A stretch of DNA of 64,000 bases from Lepidodermella squamata (lineage: Eukaryota; Animalia; Gastrotricha): assembly GCA_047495785.1 (NCBI GenBank), contig JBLDXI010000015.1, forward strand, positions 1 to 64,000. Direction: 5' to 3'. The notes under the pieces were generated by a model. The model worked only from the letters and a program-made list of their open reading frames with translations. It made no database searches and had not been told where the DNA came from. Shown here in pieces: positions 13,801-27,200 of the stretch. Within the stretch, counting starts at the first letter, position 1. Each line of letters begins with the position of its first letter. A program made the position numbers and the translations under genes.

Positions 13801-15459
13801 GGGCAATTTGTTTTCTCCGATCATTGGCTAAGCAACGTTTTCAAGCGAGCGAACTTCTCACTCAGGCGGGTAACAACTTCCGGCCAAAAATTACCGGCGG
13901 ATTGCTTGGATAAACTGGTAAACTGCGTTATTTTTTGTCGCAAACTTCGAACTGAATAGGACTACCCTGATTCGTTGATTCTTGACGCCGACGAAACAGC
14001 GATCTGGATTGTCATGTGAAGGATTTTATTTGTACCACCATCCGTCATAGACGCTCTCGGCGCGTTGAGGGTAGAAGTGGTATCATGCCATTCGGATTAT
14101 ACCAGTCTCGGACACGTGCGTTGAGGAAATCGGTGCGAAGACTGTCGAAGTGAAGTTGGGAAAAATAATAATAATAATAATAATAATGTTTTTATTTATC
14201 CTCTTCGGGACTGAGCGTCGTGTACCGTTTCCGGTTTTGAAGAGGGCGAAGGCAGGCGAAGAATGATCCTCACCCACCCCCACAGTCGAGGATTCTGCTT
14301 TTTGTATAGAATTCGTAATTTTCAATCGAGTTAACAACCATGCGCCATTCATCTTTTTCAAAAGAAACCGATTCCGCTAGTTGGACATCGGGAATAATTT
14401 TGATCTCAAAATCCTTTTCGCCGGGATTTTTTCTATTTTCTCGTTTCTTAGTGGCTTTATTTTTCTTATCCTTGACCTTATTGTTCTTATTGGTTTTCTT
14501 TTTCCGGCGAATTTCCTTAGTAAGACCTACTTTAATTAGGCTTCTATGCACTCCGTTGATCCATCTGGTTCGAGGTCTACCTCTGGGTGCAAACCACCCA
14601 AGCGGAGGCGTCCAAATATATATTTTGTGTATTAGTCCTTCTACGTCATAGTCACGTGACCTAATTATGTGCCCTAGATACCTTAGCCTTTGTTTTTCAA
14701 CAATGCGGCTCACTTCAATGAGACCTCCGCATAACGCAAGTCGAATGTCTATATTTGGAATATAGTCCATTAGGTGGACACCTACTATAGATCGAAGCCA
14801 TCGATATTCTATAGTGTTTAGTCTATTTTCTTGGGCTATCGATATGTTCCACGATTCGCAGGCGTAAATGATGGTAGGTATTATAACACATGTCAGTACC
14901 TTAAGTTTTGTAGCTATGGAAACCTGACTTTTGTTGCACATGAATTTATTCATGGCGCCGAAAACACTGCCTGCCTTAGAAATTCTGTAGTTTAGTTCCT
15001 CATCGATTTTGCCGTCACTGGTAATAATGCTCCCTAAATATTTAAATTTGGTCACTTTTTCGAGTTTTTTCCCGTTCAATTCCAATTCGTAATTTTGAGT
15101 GGCTGACTCGTCTCTAGAAATAATCATATATTGAGTTTTTGCCGCGTTAATTTTCAGACCCAATTCGGTGCAAGCCAAATCGAAAATGTGAAGTAGTCGT
15201 GAAATTTCGTCGTGGTTCATGCCTAAAAGTGTTCCGTCGTCAGCAAACGCTAGTAAATTTAGGAAATCAGTCTCGCTCATAGCGGTCTCGCTGTTTGCGG
15301 TCTCGCTAATAGGAAAGCCTAATTTTTCAGCAGATAAACAGAAGTTGGGAAAAAAATAGAGGAAAATAAAGGCCGCATCCGAATAATCACCGCGGTTTTT
15401 TGCCTTTTTCCAAAAAATTAATAATTTAATCGCCGCGGCCCTTATTCGAAAAAATACGG
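13801..15459 (+). mobile_element. Degenerate pogo/Tc2-like (POGK/POGZ-type) DNA transposon remnant with right TIR, interrupted by a LINE
   Basis: 13801-14019 translates as GQFVFSDHWLSNVFKRANFSLRRVTTSGQKLPAD...*DYPDSLILDADETAIW (end of the CENP-B-type HTH plus the first D motif). ~14108-14155 gives DTCVEEIGAKTVEVK. The right end ...CTTATTCGAAAAAATACGG|TA at 15459 is a TA-CCGTA-type TIR. The left TIR was not found. Confidence 0.7.
14166..15340 (-). mobile_element. 5'-truncated RTE-clade non-LTR retrotransposon (RT C-terminal half) with 14-bp TSD
   Basis: ORF 14270-15487 contains LAFADD, GLKINAAKT, FKYLGS and YACESW. There is a (TTA)n 3' tail at ~14166-14187, and the direct repeat GAAGTTGGGAAAAA occurs at 14152-14165 and 15341-15354. 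Confidence 0.88.
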
Positions 15460-15474
15460 TAAATTGCTCCGAGC

Positions 15475-15760
15475 CACACGATCTCATTGCGAATCCTGTC
15501 CCTAAGTGCTACGCCTCAAAAATTCCGCAAATATTGCATATAACCAACATCAAGTCGCCTTGCCTCCTCAGAAGTTACAGTCCAACTTTCGCGGCCATGC
15601 CTAATAGGAGTATCCACAACAATCAAATCCACATTCAAACATCTCATTTTTTCCTTGATTGGGACAGATCGATTGCCAAAAATATATACTTACGCATAGC
15701 GCCAAAGGCTTTGTTTCCATTTTCTAAACGAGTCCTTATATCAGCCTAACAATCAATACT
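15475..15760 (-). mobile_element. Older, degenerate RTE-like LINE fragment
   Basis: The minus strand reads ADIRTRLENGNKAFGAMRKYIF...GRESWTVTSEEARRLDVGYMQYLRNF*...DRIRNE with stops and frameshifts. This parallels the post-RT region of the neighbouring LINE (ELNYRISKAGSVFGAM...ACESW). Confidence 0.65.
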
Positions 15761-16854
15761 TTCGTTATTAAGTAGCTTTTTGTTGTCTGCTATGATGAAG
15801 CCACCACCTTAATTCTTCATGTTATCTTGGCACGCGCGCTGCGACCCTGCAAAACCGAAATAGAATCTTTGTGGTGTTGCCTGCGGCGGAGAAATTTTTC
15901 AATTTCAATGTTATCAATTTTCTTAGTTTCACCGCGTAATAATACAGTGAATGATGGCTATAATCAGTCTTTTATAATCGGAAGCATCTGAATATTAGAG
16001 ACCAATAATTACAAAATGATCGAATTTGTTAATTGCAAATCATTGCCGCTATGACGATGCGCCGATAGATCTAAAGATGTGCGGCCGACTAATTGATAGG
16101 TTTTGCACATGAGATTCTGCTACGCCATAAATGTCATCATCAGACATGAGTATACTTCCGTGTCAAATAATATGTAAACTCTGTTTCAACATCGCTTGTT
16201 ACATCCGCAATTCTGTCGATTCAGTCGATTTTGGTGTGTCATCTTCAAAATCAGTATTAGCATCGCCGTAAGTTCCTCGTCATTGTCATTCATTTCGTTG
16301 CTATGAGGAATAGTCGCTTCCTTATAAGACAAGAGTTGTGATGCAAGTTGGGCGTAATCGCCGCAACATTACAGTTTACTTCCATATACAATCAGCTCTG
16401 TTTCTACATTGATATTAGAAGCGAGTAGCTGTCTATGTCGCAGTGGTTTAGTTATAAGGTGGACGGCGACGACTGACGTGATGCGCTGCGTTGCGATGAG
16501 TTGCGCTGCGGGCAAACACGGCTATTTCGTTGGCCTAATGGGCGCGTTCTACTATATTGGCTAAATGGGCGGACGCAAACAATATCACCTATGAGCTGAT
16601 GGCCCAGTAGAAATACGTATATCTCCCTTGTTGTGGTGCATTTGTTGTTGCCGGTGGTGTAGTGGTCGGGGCGGTGCAGTGGTGGACTTGCGTGTTGTCA
16701 ATATAGCCGACAGCTAAAGGCATAGGTAGTACCTATATACATATATAGACGCGCATGCACAGCGAATGAGGAGGAGGATGAGGTAAATGCTGTTGTGAGT
16801 GAGCCTACTTGCAACCAAGTCTACGTACTAATATTCGCCATTTATGCATTTTAC

Positions 16855-17283
16855 ATATATGTTGTACGCCTATAGAGGATCTAAGCTTATACGGTATAGG
16901 CTTAAGCCTATACGGGATAAGCAATATTTTAAACTGTCATAACGGCCAAACCGTGAGGGTCACCATCGATCATCATATATCAATCGATTGCTGTAATTAA
17001 GGGCTATCGATTGGTGCCAAATCGAATTCCACGCGGCACACTCAGGGTCAAGTTTTGGCCAAAAAACGCAAATTTTCCGCATTTTTTTAACTTTAAAGGC
17101 AAAAATCATATTTCCAAAAGTTCCGCGCGGAATTCGATTTGGCACCAATCGATAGCCCTTAATTACAGCAATCGATTGATATATGATGATCGATGGTGAC
17201 CCTCACGGTTTGGCCATTGTTTCGGTTGAATACAATGCTCATACCCTAAAGGCTTAAATACCGTATAGGCGTACAACATATAT
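16855..17283. mobile_element. Foldback/MITE-like element with nested inverted repeats
   Basis: Outer IR ATATATGTTGTACGCCTATA / TATAGGCGTACAACATATAT. Inner ~93-bp near-perfect IR arms at 16944-17036 and 17123-17215. Confidence 0.8.
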
Positions 17284-19505
17284 ACATCCAGCAGTCTCGT
17301 TCAATGTAGATATATATTGCGCATATTTCGCATATAACAAAATGCTCGGGAGTAAAATTTCACCTCTCCTGTTCAACTCCAACGATACTATTCATCTGCG
17401 TAACGAGCAGCTCAAAATATTCTCTTATTCTCTTGTCTTGATCGTTCGAATGACAACATTCCATATTCCCGATTTGTCATCAAATCAATTATTACATTTA
17501 AGATGATGTGTTATGACTTTCATTATCTATCCAACTATATTATATTATGTGGTCATTTACCTTATTGATTTGCTATTTGCTATAAAACGCATAGTTATGT
17601 AGAAAAATGTTCAACAAACATTTCTCAATCGAATACTAGGGGGATTGTAGTCCGGTGTTGCAGGGTCAAAGTCCGTTTTTACTGCTATCGTTAAGTGTAT
17701 GTCGTGTGGTAGTGCGGTCATGTGGTCGCGAAACTGTCAAACAATATTTATAAAAAATGGCTGTACTTAAATCACTGAAGACCCTCCTTTATTACTTTAT
17801 AGCGCGACACGAACGAAGATATTTGCAAGTGAAGATGGGCAATTGAAAAATGCAAGCAACCACGTGCAATGTGCCAATATTTCTTGATTGTTGTATTTCG
17901 ACAGCTACTGCGATAATTGCAAAGAAAAATACGCGCGACCTCACCACCGCACCACCAGCCCCACCACCCAAACAGGAAAGTACTGCTCACATAAAACTTA
18001 GCAATAATAACCAGATGATGATTCATCTGGGTCACTCTGCAAAACCCGGACTACAATCTACTCTCAATATTCTAATTCTACAATTCCAGGACTAAGTTAG
18101 GTAAAAGATAGGTTTGGTCGGTTTGGTCGGTCGGTGAGATCAGCAACAGACTATAACAAGACTATATTCCTACGAAATATAATTTTTCTAGCCCACCGAA
18201 TCGCTCGAAAACGGCTCGAACGGCCTCTTTGATAATGCTTTATACAAAACAAAACAGTGCAAAACAATATGCTTTTTCGGCTGCATATATTATGTAGGAG
18301 CATCAAAAACAGAGCTTCCTTGAGCCTCGGTTGTACTTCTTCTTCATTTCTAATTGCCCATAAGTTTAGGAACATCTATCTCGAACATTCAAACGGCCGA
18401 ATTGATAATTATTCAATATTAAACAATTGGCTTTATTTTTTGCAACTCATTGCATTCGTCTGAAAAAAAACACGCAAGACGAAAGAATAAAGAAATTAAA
18501 TAAGGTAAAGATGGACGGGAGAATCTCTGGAAATTGTGTACCTACCCATTGTGCATATGGAGGTTGGCAGCTTGTGATTAATGAAATGATATTTTATTAT
18601 AAATCATCATCTTGTCATCATAATTTATTATCTCATTTCTTAGTCATATATGAATGGGCGTTTAACTTTTACATATATCCAGCAGCTTTGCACCCAAAGT
18701 TTTAAGCTTCAAACAAGTAGTAATAACAGCTGCGTATTTCCCACCTCCTGCTCTCATCATCTCACCATTATCTTCATCAGTAGTATTATATAGGAGACGA
18801 TTATTGCCGCCATATTACTCATCTTCTGAGGGCAGGCGTGTTTTTTGTTGATATTACATTGTCAATGATCAAGGAATGATCAAGGAATGACGCAACACCC
18901 ATTTTTCGCCATTTTTCGTTATAACATTACTTGCAAATACTTGCTTATATTATAATGTCGAGCTTCTTCCGAGCCTAGAACAGCGACGCCTTTTTCGGTT
19001 CTTTCTCAATTCGCAGATAGTGTACTGAGTCTCGCGTGCAGAGTACCGGGATATAGAATTGTGCAACACGTATCTGTCTATTGAGGCTTTGGGTTACTTC
19101 ATTATTTTAAACCTAAGTAACTACGGTGGCGCTTCTGCGACACGTGAACAACTAATTCCGTGGCATGGTTAGCTATCATGGTAATAGGTAATAGCTAAAC
19201 ATGTGCAGTCTTCGTTTCTATATGCTAACTAATATGAACTGGTTTGCAATTCGCAATGTCCTGTTAATAATATAAGTATATACTTACCTGAAAACGTTCA
19301 AAATGGTATGGCTACTACTACGTACTGTTACTACACTCTGCTTGCTATGCCTATAGAGAGACACCGCGAAAGCAAGCCGCCGCTGTTGCCGCAGTTGTTA
19401 ATGTAACTGTTTAATTTGATAACACATAGAACAACAACAACAACAGCAACAGCACATGCAAACGTTCGTTCGTTCGTTCCTACAAAATATTAAGTAAAAG
19501 TATAA

Positions 19506-20353
19506 TGGTGCGTCCACAAACTAACTTCGGAGAGGGTGTCTTCGGAGGCCGAACTTGAAACTTCGGAACACTCAAGCGAAACTTCGGTGACGTTATCAGT
19601 AGCAATTTCCGCGCGCGCGCGGCATGAGTCGTCCGAAGTTTCTATTGTTTGCGGGCCGAAGATTTCGAGTGCGCGCACATGAGTGCGAGCGCGCTCAAAC
19701 TAGAGAAGGGGCCGCAGGGTAGACACACATTTTTTTCAATTTCACTTGAATTCTCAAAATTCCTAAATAATAAGATGCGAAATGCGACGACGATAACAAA
19801 AAGCTAAATTTCGACGCGAAATTCACCATTTTTCAGAATAAATAAAAAATTAAATTGATTTTTTTCAACGCGCACTATAAGCTATTTTTAAGGGCACCCG
19901 ATAATTTCTATATTGACATTTTTTTTTGAAAACAAGGATTTTACTGCGCGCGTTCCGTATAATTGAAATTTTCGTCATTTTCGTCAATTATAGTCAATAA
20001 TATGAATTAAAGATGCCACAGGAACAGTTAATTTATGTCGTCGCCCTACCTCGCGCGGTCAAGTGGCCGCGCGCGCGTGCGTACGTAGTAACTTCGGACA
20101 CGCACAAACTTCGGTTCGGAGGCGCTTCGGAGAGCAGTTGTGGGCCTCTCCGAACCGAAGTTTGTGCGCGTCCTTTGTTCAGTGCGTGCGCGCCGCCTAT
20201 TGTTCTCACTTCGGGCGCGCAGTCCGAAGTGCGCGCGTTTGTGAACGAAAATCTCAAACTTCGGTCAGCGATTACGCAACTTCGGAGAGCGATTACGAAA
20301 CTTCGGAGGCTAAAACTTCGGACGCGTCTCCGAAGCAGTTTGTGAACGTAACA
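19506..20353. mobile_element. PIF/Harbinger-like MITE with AACTTCGG subterminal motifs
   Basis: Imperfect TIRs TGGTGCGTCCACAAACT..CTTCGGAGA / TCTCCGAAGCAGTTTGTGAACGTAACA, flanked by TAA on both sides. Many AACTTCGG/CCGAAGT motifs cluster near both ends. Confidence 0.7.
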
Positions 20354-23300
20354 TAACAGTCGCGGCGACCTGTTGTATATAGACGTATGTATACCTATGT
20401 ATGCGTATACTGCTTCTGCTGTCTGTTGTGCAAGTAAGTGTCGAACTGTGTGTGTGTATGTGTGTTAGTTAGGTGTGAAGTGCACCTGCCTCGCGCAGTT
20501 GTTGTAGCCGTTCTTCCGCATGTTCCGCGCGCGGTTATTCTGCTCGTGTTTTAGGCCCCGCTCGTGCCTGTCACAGTGCCTGGCATACAGTACAGAGTGG
20601 CTCTACTGCTTCCTTCTACTCCTTCTAATTTGCTTTCAGTATCATAGAGAGTACTTGTATTTTGTGGTTTGTAAAAGTAACTCTACTTAAAAGTTGGTTT
20701 TTTGTCTCTCGTTTTTTCGAGCAAAATTATTCACAATTCTCGAATCAATTGATGTGTCATTCACATCATCAACGCAGCTTATTTTGGTAGCAATAGGTAT
20801 ATTAAGGCATCGCATTCTGCTCATTCTATTATTTGTTTGTCTTTGATATTTCTTGCAAGTGCTATTGTTTCAACTTTTTCAATAAATAATCATTATTTCA
20901 GGAATGTCGTAAAAGCGCAATACAATTGATGCGATTGAGGCACCTCCTACGTTTAAAGTACCTACTTATAAGTATCTATCATTTATTTATTGTGAGCTGC
21001 ACAATGCTGCCTCGCAATGCTGATATAACCGCCAAACCAAAGCGGTTTTGTCGCCGGTTTTGTCGAGCCGTTATTGCGACTGATGCGCCGCGCCTATCTC
21101 TCGAGCACGTTTTTCGCATTCAGCTGACACTTGCAAGAGGAGACGAGGCCACGTGCCAGCCAGCCATAGACGAGCCATATATAGAAGGCGTTATTGCGCA
21201 TGTTGCAATGTCTTACCGAGAAGCTGCTTTTTTCATACCTATCTGTTTAGCGTTGCGTTAAACTAAATGCGGTTAGCCGAGTGAATGAGTGACCTGATTG
21301 AGTGTGATCCGAATGACTTGATCGACTCGATTATTTGCCGGCTCAAAATAATGAGAAATTATTTCGTCACGGCTCGTCTCGGTGCACCTATACGTAGTAG
21401 TAGGTATATGGTGTGCCGGGTGCATTCTCGTATTCGCATTCGCGTATTCCCTAGCTAATACTACTGCCGCAGTTTTACTTGACTGCCGCCTTGGTCACCT
21501 ACCTACGTCTCCTGTGGCCGGCTCAAATTTTATTATTATTATTATTAGTAGTAGTAAGGGCGAGTGAAGCCGTCGTCATTATAATGCTTATTGCTTATTA
21601 TTATTACTGCTGCTGTTGTTTTTTATCGGCTGCTGCACCTGTGAGAGAGAGAGAGAGGCGTAAACAACGCGCATATATGTATACTACACGTACAAATATA
21701 GCTCATAGGTGCCTCTTTGCTAATACCAAGTGTTATTATTATTATTATTATTATTTATAGTAAACACAGGCGAGGCGAGGCGAGAGATGACGACGACGCG
21801 GGCCATCTACAGGTTGGCTATATCATTTGCCATCCATACCTATAGTATAGTAGTAGATCGATCATATCATCTTGTGTATATCGGACAACTGAGATTTTTT
21901 TACGCTCATCGTAATTCATCATCACGTGCTCTCGTTACAACAAGGTACACGGCCGATATTACTCGTGCTCTTGTTATTAGCAGCAGCAGCAGCACAAAGG
22001 CTATACGTTAATGAGCTTAGCCGTAATATGCATGCATGCGCCAAACAGCCGGCAAAACATGACTGCGACGACTACTGCGCTGATGCATAGTAGGTATACT
22101 TTTACGTGGCTCGCAATGCCGCGCGCTCGCAACAACGACGACGACGTGAATTGCTGTTGTTTTGCGCCGCCGCCGCCTGCTGCCGCCGCTGTAGCCGTTT
22201 TCGTTTCGTCGGCCGGTCGCCGTGTTGACGCTAATTATTTGCCCGCTCTCTCTCTCTCTCTCGCTCAACTCTTTACCTGTATGTATGCGATGTATGTATG
22301 TGTGTGTGTGAAGTATTTCTGCAATATTGTGCGAAGCAGCAAAGTCGAAAAAGCAAGCCGTTCATCGCCATTCATCATCATCGTCATTGTCGCAGCAACC
22401 GCAACGTTATTACAATACTTTTACGTCAGTTTTGTTATATTATTATTATTCAAATTTTACGACACACACTCGCTGGCTGTGCAAAACATCGAGCGAGCGC
22501 GGTGAAAGTGAAAACGGCGCAAACTATCAACTAACAACACACAATAACCAAGTGAAAGTATTACTTATTAGTGTTATTATTGCGGTGACTCATGCGCCAA
22601 AAACGCACAGTCGGTAAAAAGGGCGCGCCAACCGCTCTCTATACCGCTCTTGTGTGTATGTCTGCTGTGAGATGTACTAGAATGTGCAGTGATGCGTCAT
22701 GCCCCAGCAATGCCGATGCCGCCGCTGTTGCTGTCGCTGTTGTCAATAAAAGCGCCGCTGCGGCTGTCATCGGCGGGCCGTCGTCGTCGCCGTCGTCTTA
22801 CGTCGGCGCCGCCTTGAAGAAGAAGGAGCAAACACGGATTCGCAGGCATCAGCTCGGCAAACAGCTCGGCGCGCAGTGTCGGCGGCGTTGTCGCGGGCGC
22901 GTTCACACGCAACTGCGACCCAACATCAGGCAAGAGACAAGACACGGCAAGGCTGCGCTTTCTCTCAGCTGCAACGCGCCCTAATTATCGGCAGCTTTTT
23001 TGCGCGCTCGCTCAACCCCAAAAAAGCCGACTTGTTATAATGGGCGATAAGCTTATCTATCCCTTGGTGGTATAGTTTTATCATCAAATACCGCCCTCAA
23101 CATCCATAGCAGCATCTGATTAGCTGCATTTTTACACACATTTACTAATATCATTGCTACATTCATGTACATATTTATCCCTATTATATGTAGGTACTTT
23201 TGAACGAGATTATCCGACTGCGGAGAATCATTGTCATTTTTTATTATTATTACTACCTGCTGGCTGCTGGCGGCTTGATGATGGTGCTTCAATCGCATCA

Positions 23301-24256
23301 TTGGCGGCAATAAAACTCGGCTTACATTAAAGAGAGCGAGCCGTTACGACTGACTGACTTTACGCTCTCGGTACTTTTAAGTATTCGACAACAACAACAT
23401 ATGTATCGTCACTGCTCTGCTGTACCTGCCTTTCGACCTCGTTTTTTGCGCAGAGTGCGGCTTCAGTTTGTTGTTTACGACGAGCTCGTGCGGCATTAAC
23501 AGTTGCGCATGTATTTTTTTCAATAAACAACCTCGGCAGCAGCGACACCGAATGGCCGTTCCGTTCCGAGACGAGACCGACCACGGCGGACGCAGAACAA
23601 GAACACGATGATGAAGACGAAGACGTAGAAGAAGAGTAGCACATTACATTAATACAGCATGCAGAATGCAGGTATTTGCTCGCACTTTTTGCTGCGCACC
23701 TGAGTTGTTATTTTGCTGCGGCGGCGACGGCGGCTCGAGACGCCAAGTGACACTTGCCATCGAGAGCGACGCGATATATCTAGTTAAGAACTAGAAGGCA
23801 TCTTGCTGCTTATTCACATTATTAAGGCCGTATTTTATTATAGGCGGCTGTTGGTACCTGCCTGCTGCTGGGGTACGTATATTTATGGCTACGGCACGTC
23901 GACGTCATGCAGTCGCATGCTGCTGCTGCTGCTCTTTCTTTCTTTCGGCTTCATGGCATTATCGTATTTTTATTTGTTTGTGCCTCGCACATGCACTTAT
24001 ACCTCCCACCACCTGTGTTCTCAGCAGTTAATCGTCTCTCGTCTCGCCTTTTTGCATCAAGCCGAAAGGCGGGTTTTTTCTATAGGAAAATTATCAAACT
24101 TTCCCTTGTTTTATCTATAGATTTTGTTTATTGTTAACAAAGGCGAGGAGTGTGTTGGGAGAGAGCTGCTGCTAAAAGAAGTTAGCCCTGATATCACTGC
24201 GACAGGGCCTGCTTTTTAATTATTACTTATTATTAACAAATTCGAACGAAATCAAC

Positions 24257-27200
24257 ATGTTATTACTATCGATATCGACGTCGTCGAGGAGGAGTAGGAC
24301 GACAAGGAGCAGCAGTCGATCCTCATCATCATCATTATCATCAGCCGATTTTTTAACTTCAAGCCGGTTATCATCGCCATCGCCATCTTCTTCTTACGTG
24401 ATTGCGATATTGATCGCATTCTACTGCTGCTGTTGTAGTCAACTCGTTGGAGCACAGCAGACCGTGTGGGACACGATTAATCGGAGCCCGGAACTGGCGC
24501 GCTTCAAGGCGCAGATCAACGCGATTCCGAGCCTGCGCGACCGCCTCGCCAACCCCATGTTCAAGTTCACGGTGTTCGCGTACACGGACGACGCGTACCA
24601 GGCGTCGCAGCGCGAACAGGCCGCAGAGCTGAGCCTGCCCGACACCATCAAGTACCACATCTTCGACTCGACCCTGTCGAACCTGGTGCAGCTTAGCGAG
24701 TTCGGCTCGCGCGACGTCCTCCGCACCATGCTCGACACGCCCGTCTTCACGAGCGCCGTCCGCGTCACCGACGACCTCGGCCGCCAGTCCCTGCGCTACT
24801 ACGTCAACCACGCTCAGGTGCGTTCACTTTCTTCTAGGTAGCAGTAATAGTCGATTTTTGTATTAAAAAAATCACCGAGCCTCAGCTAAATCATCTTTCA
24901 GCATTCAGCATCTTTAAGGCAGATTTCAAATCGTTGCGAGGAAACGCAACCTTTAAAATTAACCACAAATTGAGGAATTCTGAACCGGACTCTTTCTAAA
25001 ATCAACTATTTTTTAGAATTAACAAATTTCGAGCTTCCTTAAGTTGCAAATCGATGAATTTACTTGTTCCCCAGGGATAGCACAAACTTTCATTTCCTAT
25101 TAATTCCGCTAACGGTCTAAAATACCCTCATAAAATTGAGGGTCCAGTGCTAAATTTAAGCGCTCTATAGCACTATATTCTCCAATTATTCGCGAGTTTG
25201 GCGACTTGATTTTGGAATGAAATCGCTGACTGGTTCCTGGTACCCCCAGCTGTGTAGAAAATTTGTCAAAATTGGCTACCTGGAAGGTTGATATCGGAAA
25301 ATTACTGACTACAAAATCGATGCTTGTTGCAAAATCGGCTGTCTAAACCCGTAAAATCACCTATCATCAGGATATCTATCGGTTCGAAGCATAAATAAGG
25401 TTAACCTTGAAAAGTTATATTTTTGAGAAGCCTGAATTCACTCAAAAGGTGATTATTTTCCCGTTATCCCTTGAATGGACCCTGGCTTCATTTTTGAAGA
25501 CTAGAAAATATCCTCAAGCTCTGAAGTAGCTTGGAATCAGTAAAAAGTGAGCCTGGAATCTATCTAAAATTTCACCGTGACTTGGCCGATCTTCGCATTT
25601 TTGCGCTAGATAGAAAAATTCAACAATTTTGACTAGTACGCTTTTGTTGCAACGTTTGAATAAAGTTTTTAGCAGGATCTTACATATAGGTATTACTTGG
25701 ATGATTTATATTATCATAGATTTTGTGAAACCTGAATCTATTTGCAATGCTGTTTGTTATTTACCTGTGTGTAGGTGTTGGATCGCGACTACGCGCAGAC
25801 GTTTACAACGGCGTCGGGCGTCGTGTACCTGATCGACCGGGTGCTGGTACCCGTGGGCCGCGCGCAGTCCATCTACGGCTACCTGCAGCTGAGCGAGAAC
25901 CGCGTCACCAAGTTCAACGAGCTCATCGACCGCGTCGTGCAGACCGACCCGCAGTTCCAGACGACGCTGCAGACGTTCGCCAAGGGCACGGCGCTGGTGC
26001 CCAACGACCAGGCCTTCGCCAAGGTGCCGGCGCAGAACCTGGAGCGCGTGAAAACCGACGTGAACCAACTGAAGAACATCGTGCGGGCGCACTTCAACTT
26101 CAAGTCGGTCTACTTCACCGGGCCGATGCAGGTGGGCGAGGTGTACCCGATGGAGTTCAGCACGGCCGAGATCTCGAAGGACGACGACGGCAACGGCGGC
26201 GGCAGCGGCGCCGTGTTCATCACGTGCAACAACGTGCGCACGAAGCTGGCGACGAAGAACGTGCCGATGATGAACGGCGTGATCCACATCATCGAGGACG
26301 TGCTCTTCCCGTACGAGGACCTGCCGACGAAGCTGCGCGCCCAGCCCGACCTGCAGCAGTTCGCCGGCTTCGTCAACGAGGACCCGCAGCTGATGCAGGC
26401 GCTGACGTACGTCGGCACCGACGTCGCGGCGACGAAATACACGGTGCTGGCGCCGAACGACGCCGCCGTGTCCGAGTCGACGCGCATCCAGGGCCCGAAC
26501 CGCCTCAACTCGGCGGACAAGCGCGCGATGGAGCTGCTGCTGAAGGCGCACATCCTGCGCGACGAACTGCGCCTCGGCGACCTGCGCCGCGAACTCGCGC
26601 AGTACACCACGTCGACGAACCCCAACGACGTGCCGCGCTTCGCCCGCCGCATCACCCTCGCCGGCACCGAGCTCCGCTTCTACCGCATCGGAAATGGTAA
26701 TATAACATTATTTGATTGGCTTAACCCATAGGGCGCGGGTCCAGTAAATAAGTTCACAACGTGTCCCATAAAAATAATGTTTTTTACCAGGTAAATTTCA
26801 AATTCATTTGAGAAATAGATGAATTTATCAGCGCTATATTTATGGGAAACGCTGTACCTATATTAATGAATGATATTATGACCGACCAACTTGAGGGGGC
26901 CCATCTAAACAAAATGGGAGGGTTTTTTTTACCTTGGGAGGTCTCTTATGAAAAGCTCTTTTATGTTTGGCGATGGTTTCTTTTTGGCTGGCAATGGCTC
27001 ACCTACCTGATGATGGTTGATGTTGGCATTCATGTGCATTTGTGCAATAAAACAGAGACTTTCGTGAGTGGCGGCTTCACGATGGCGCGCATCACGCCGC
27101 AGCTGAGCAACATCGGCGCGACGAACGGCATCATCCAGCACATCGAGGCGTTCATCGGCAAGCCCGGCCGCTCCATCATCGACACGTTCTTCATGTTCAA

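Noticed and set aside
17700-18480. Possible decayed MULE-like transposase remnants
   Set aside because: Only vague Cys/His/Trp spacing with many stops; this cannot be supported without a search.
20900-24200. Many short ORFs upstream of fasciclin
   Set aside because: This is low-complexity, microsatellite-rich intron/UTR-like sequence with no coherent exon chain or domain.
25747-26700. Long alternative-frame and antisense ORFs over fasciclin, BTBD10 and ANT
   Set aside because: They are shadow ORFs caused by extreme GC3 bias.
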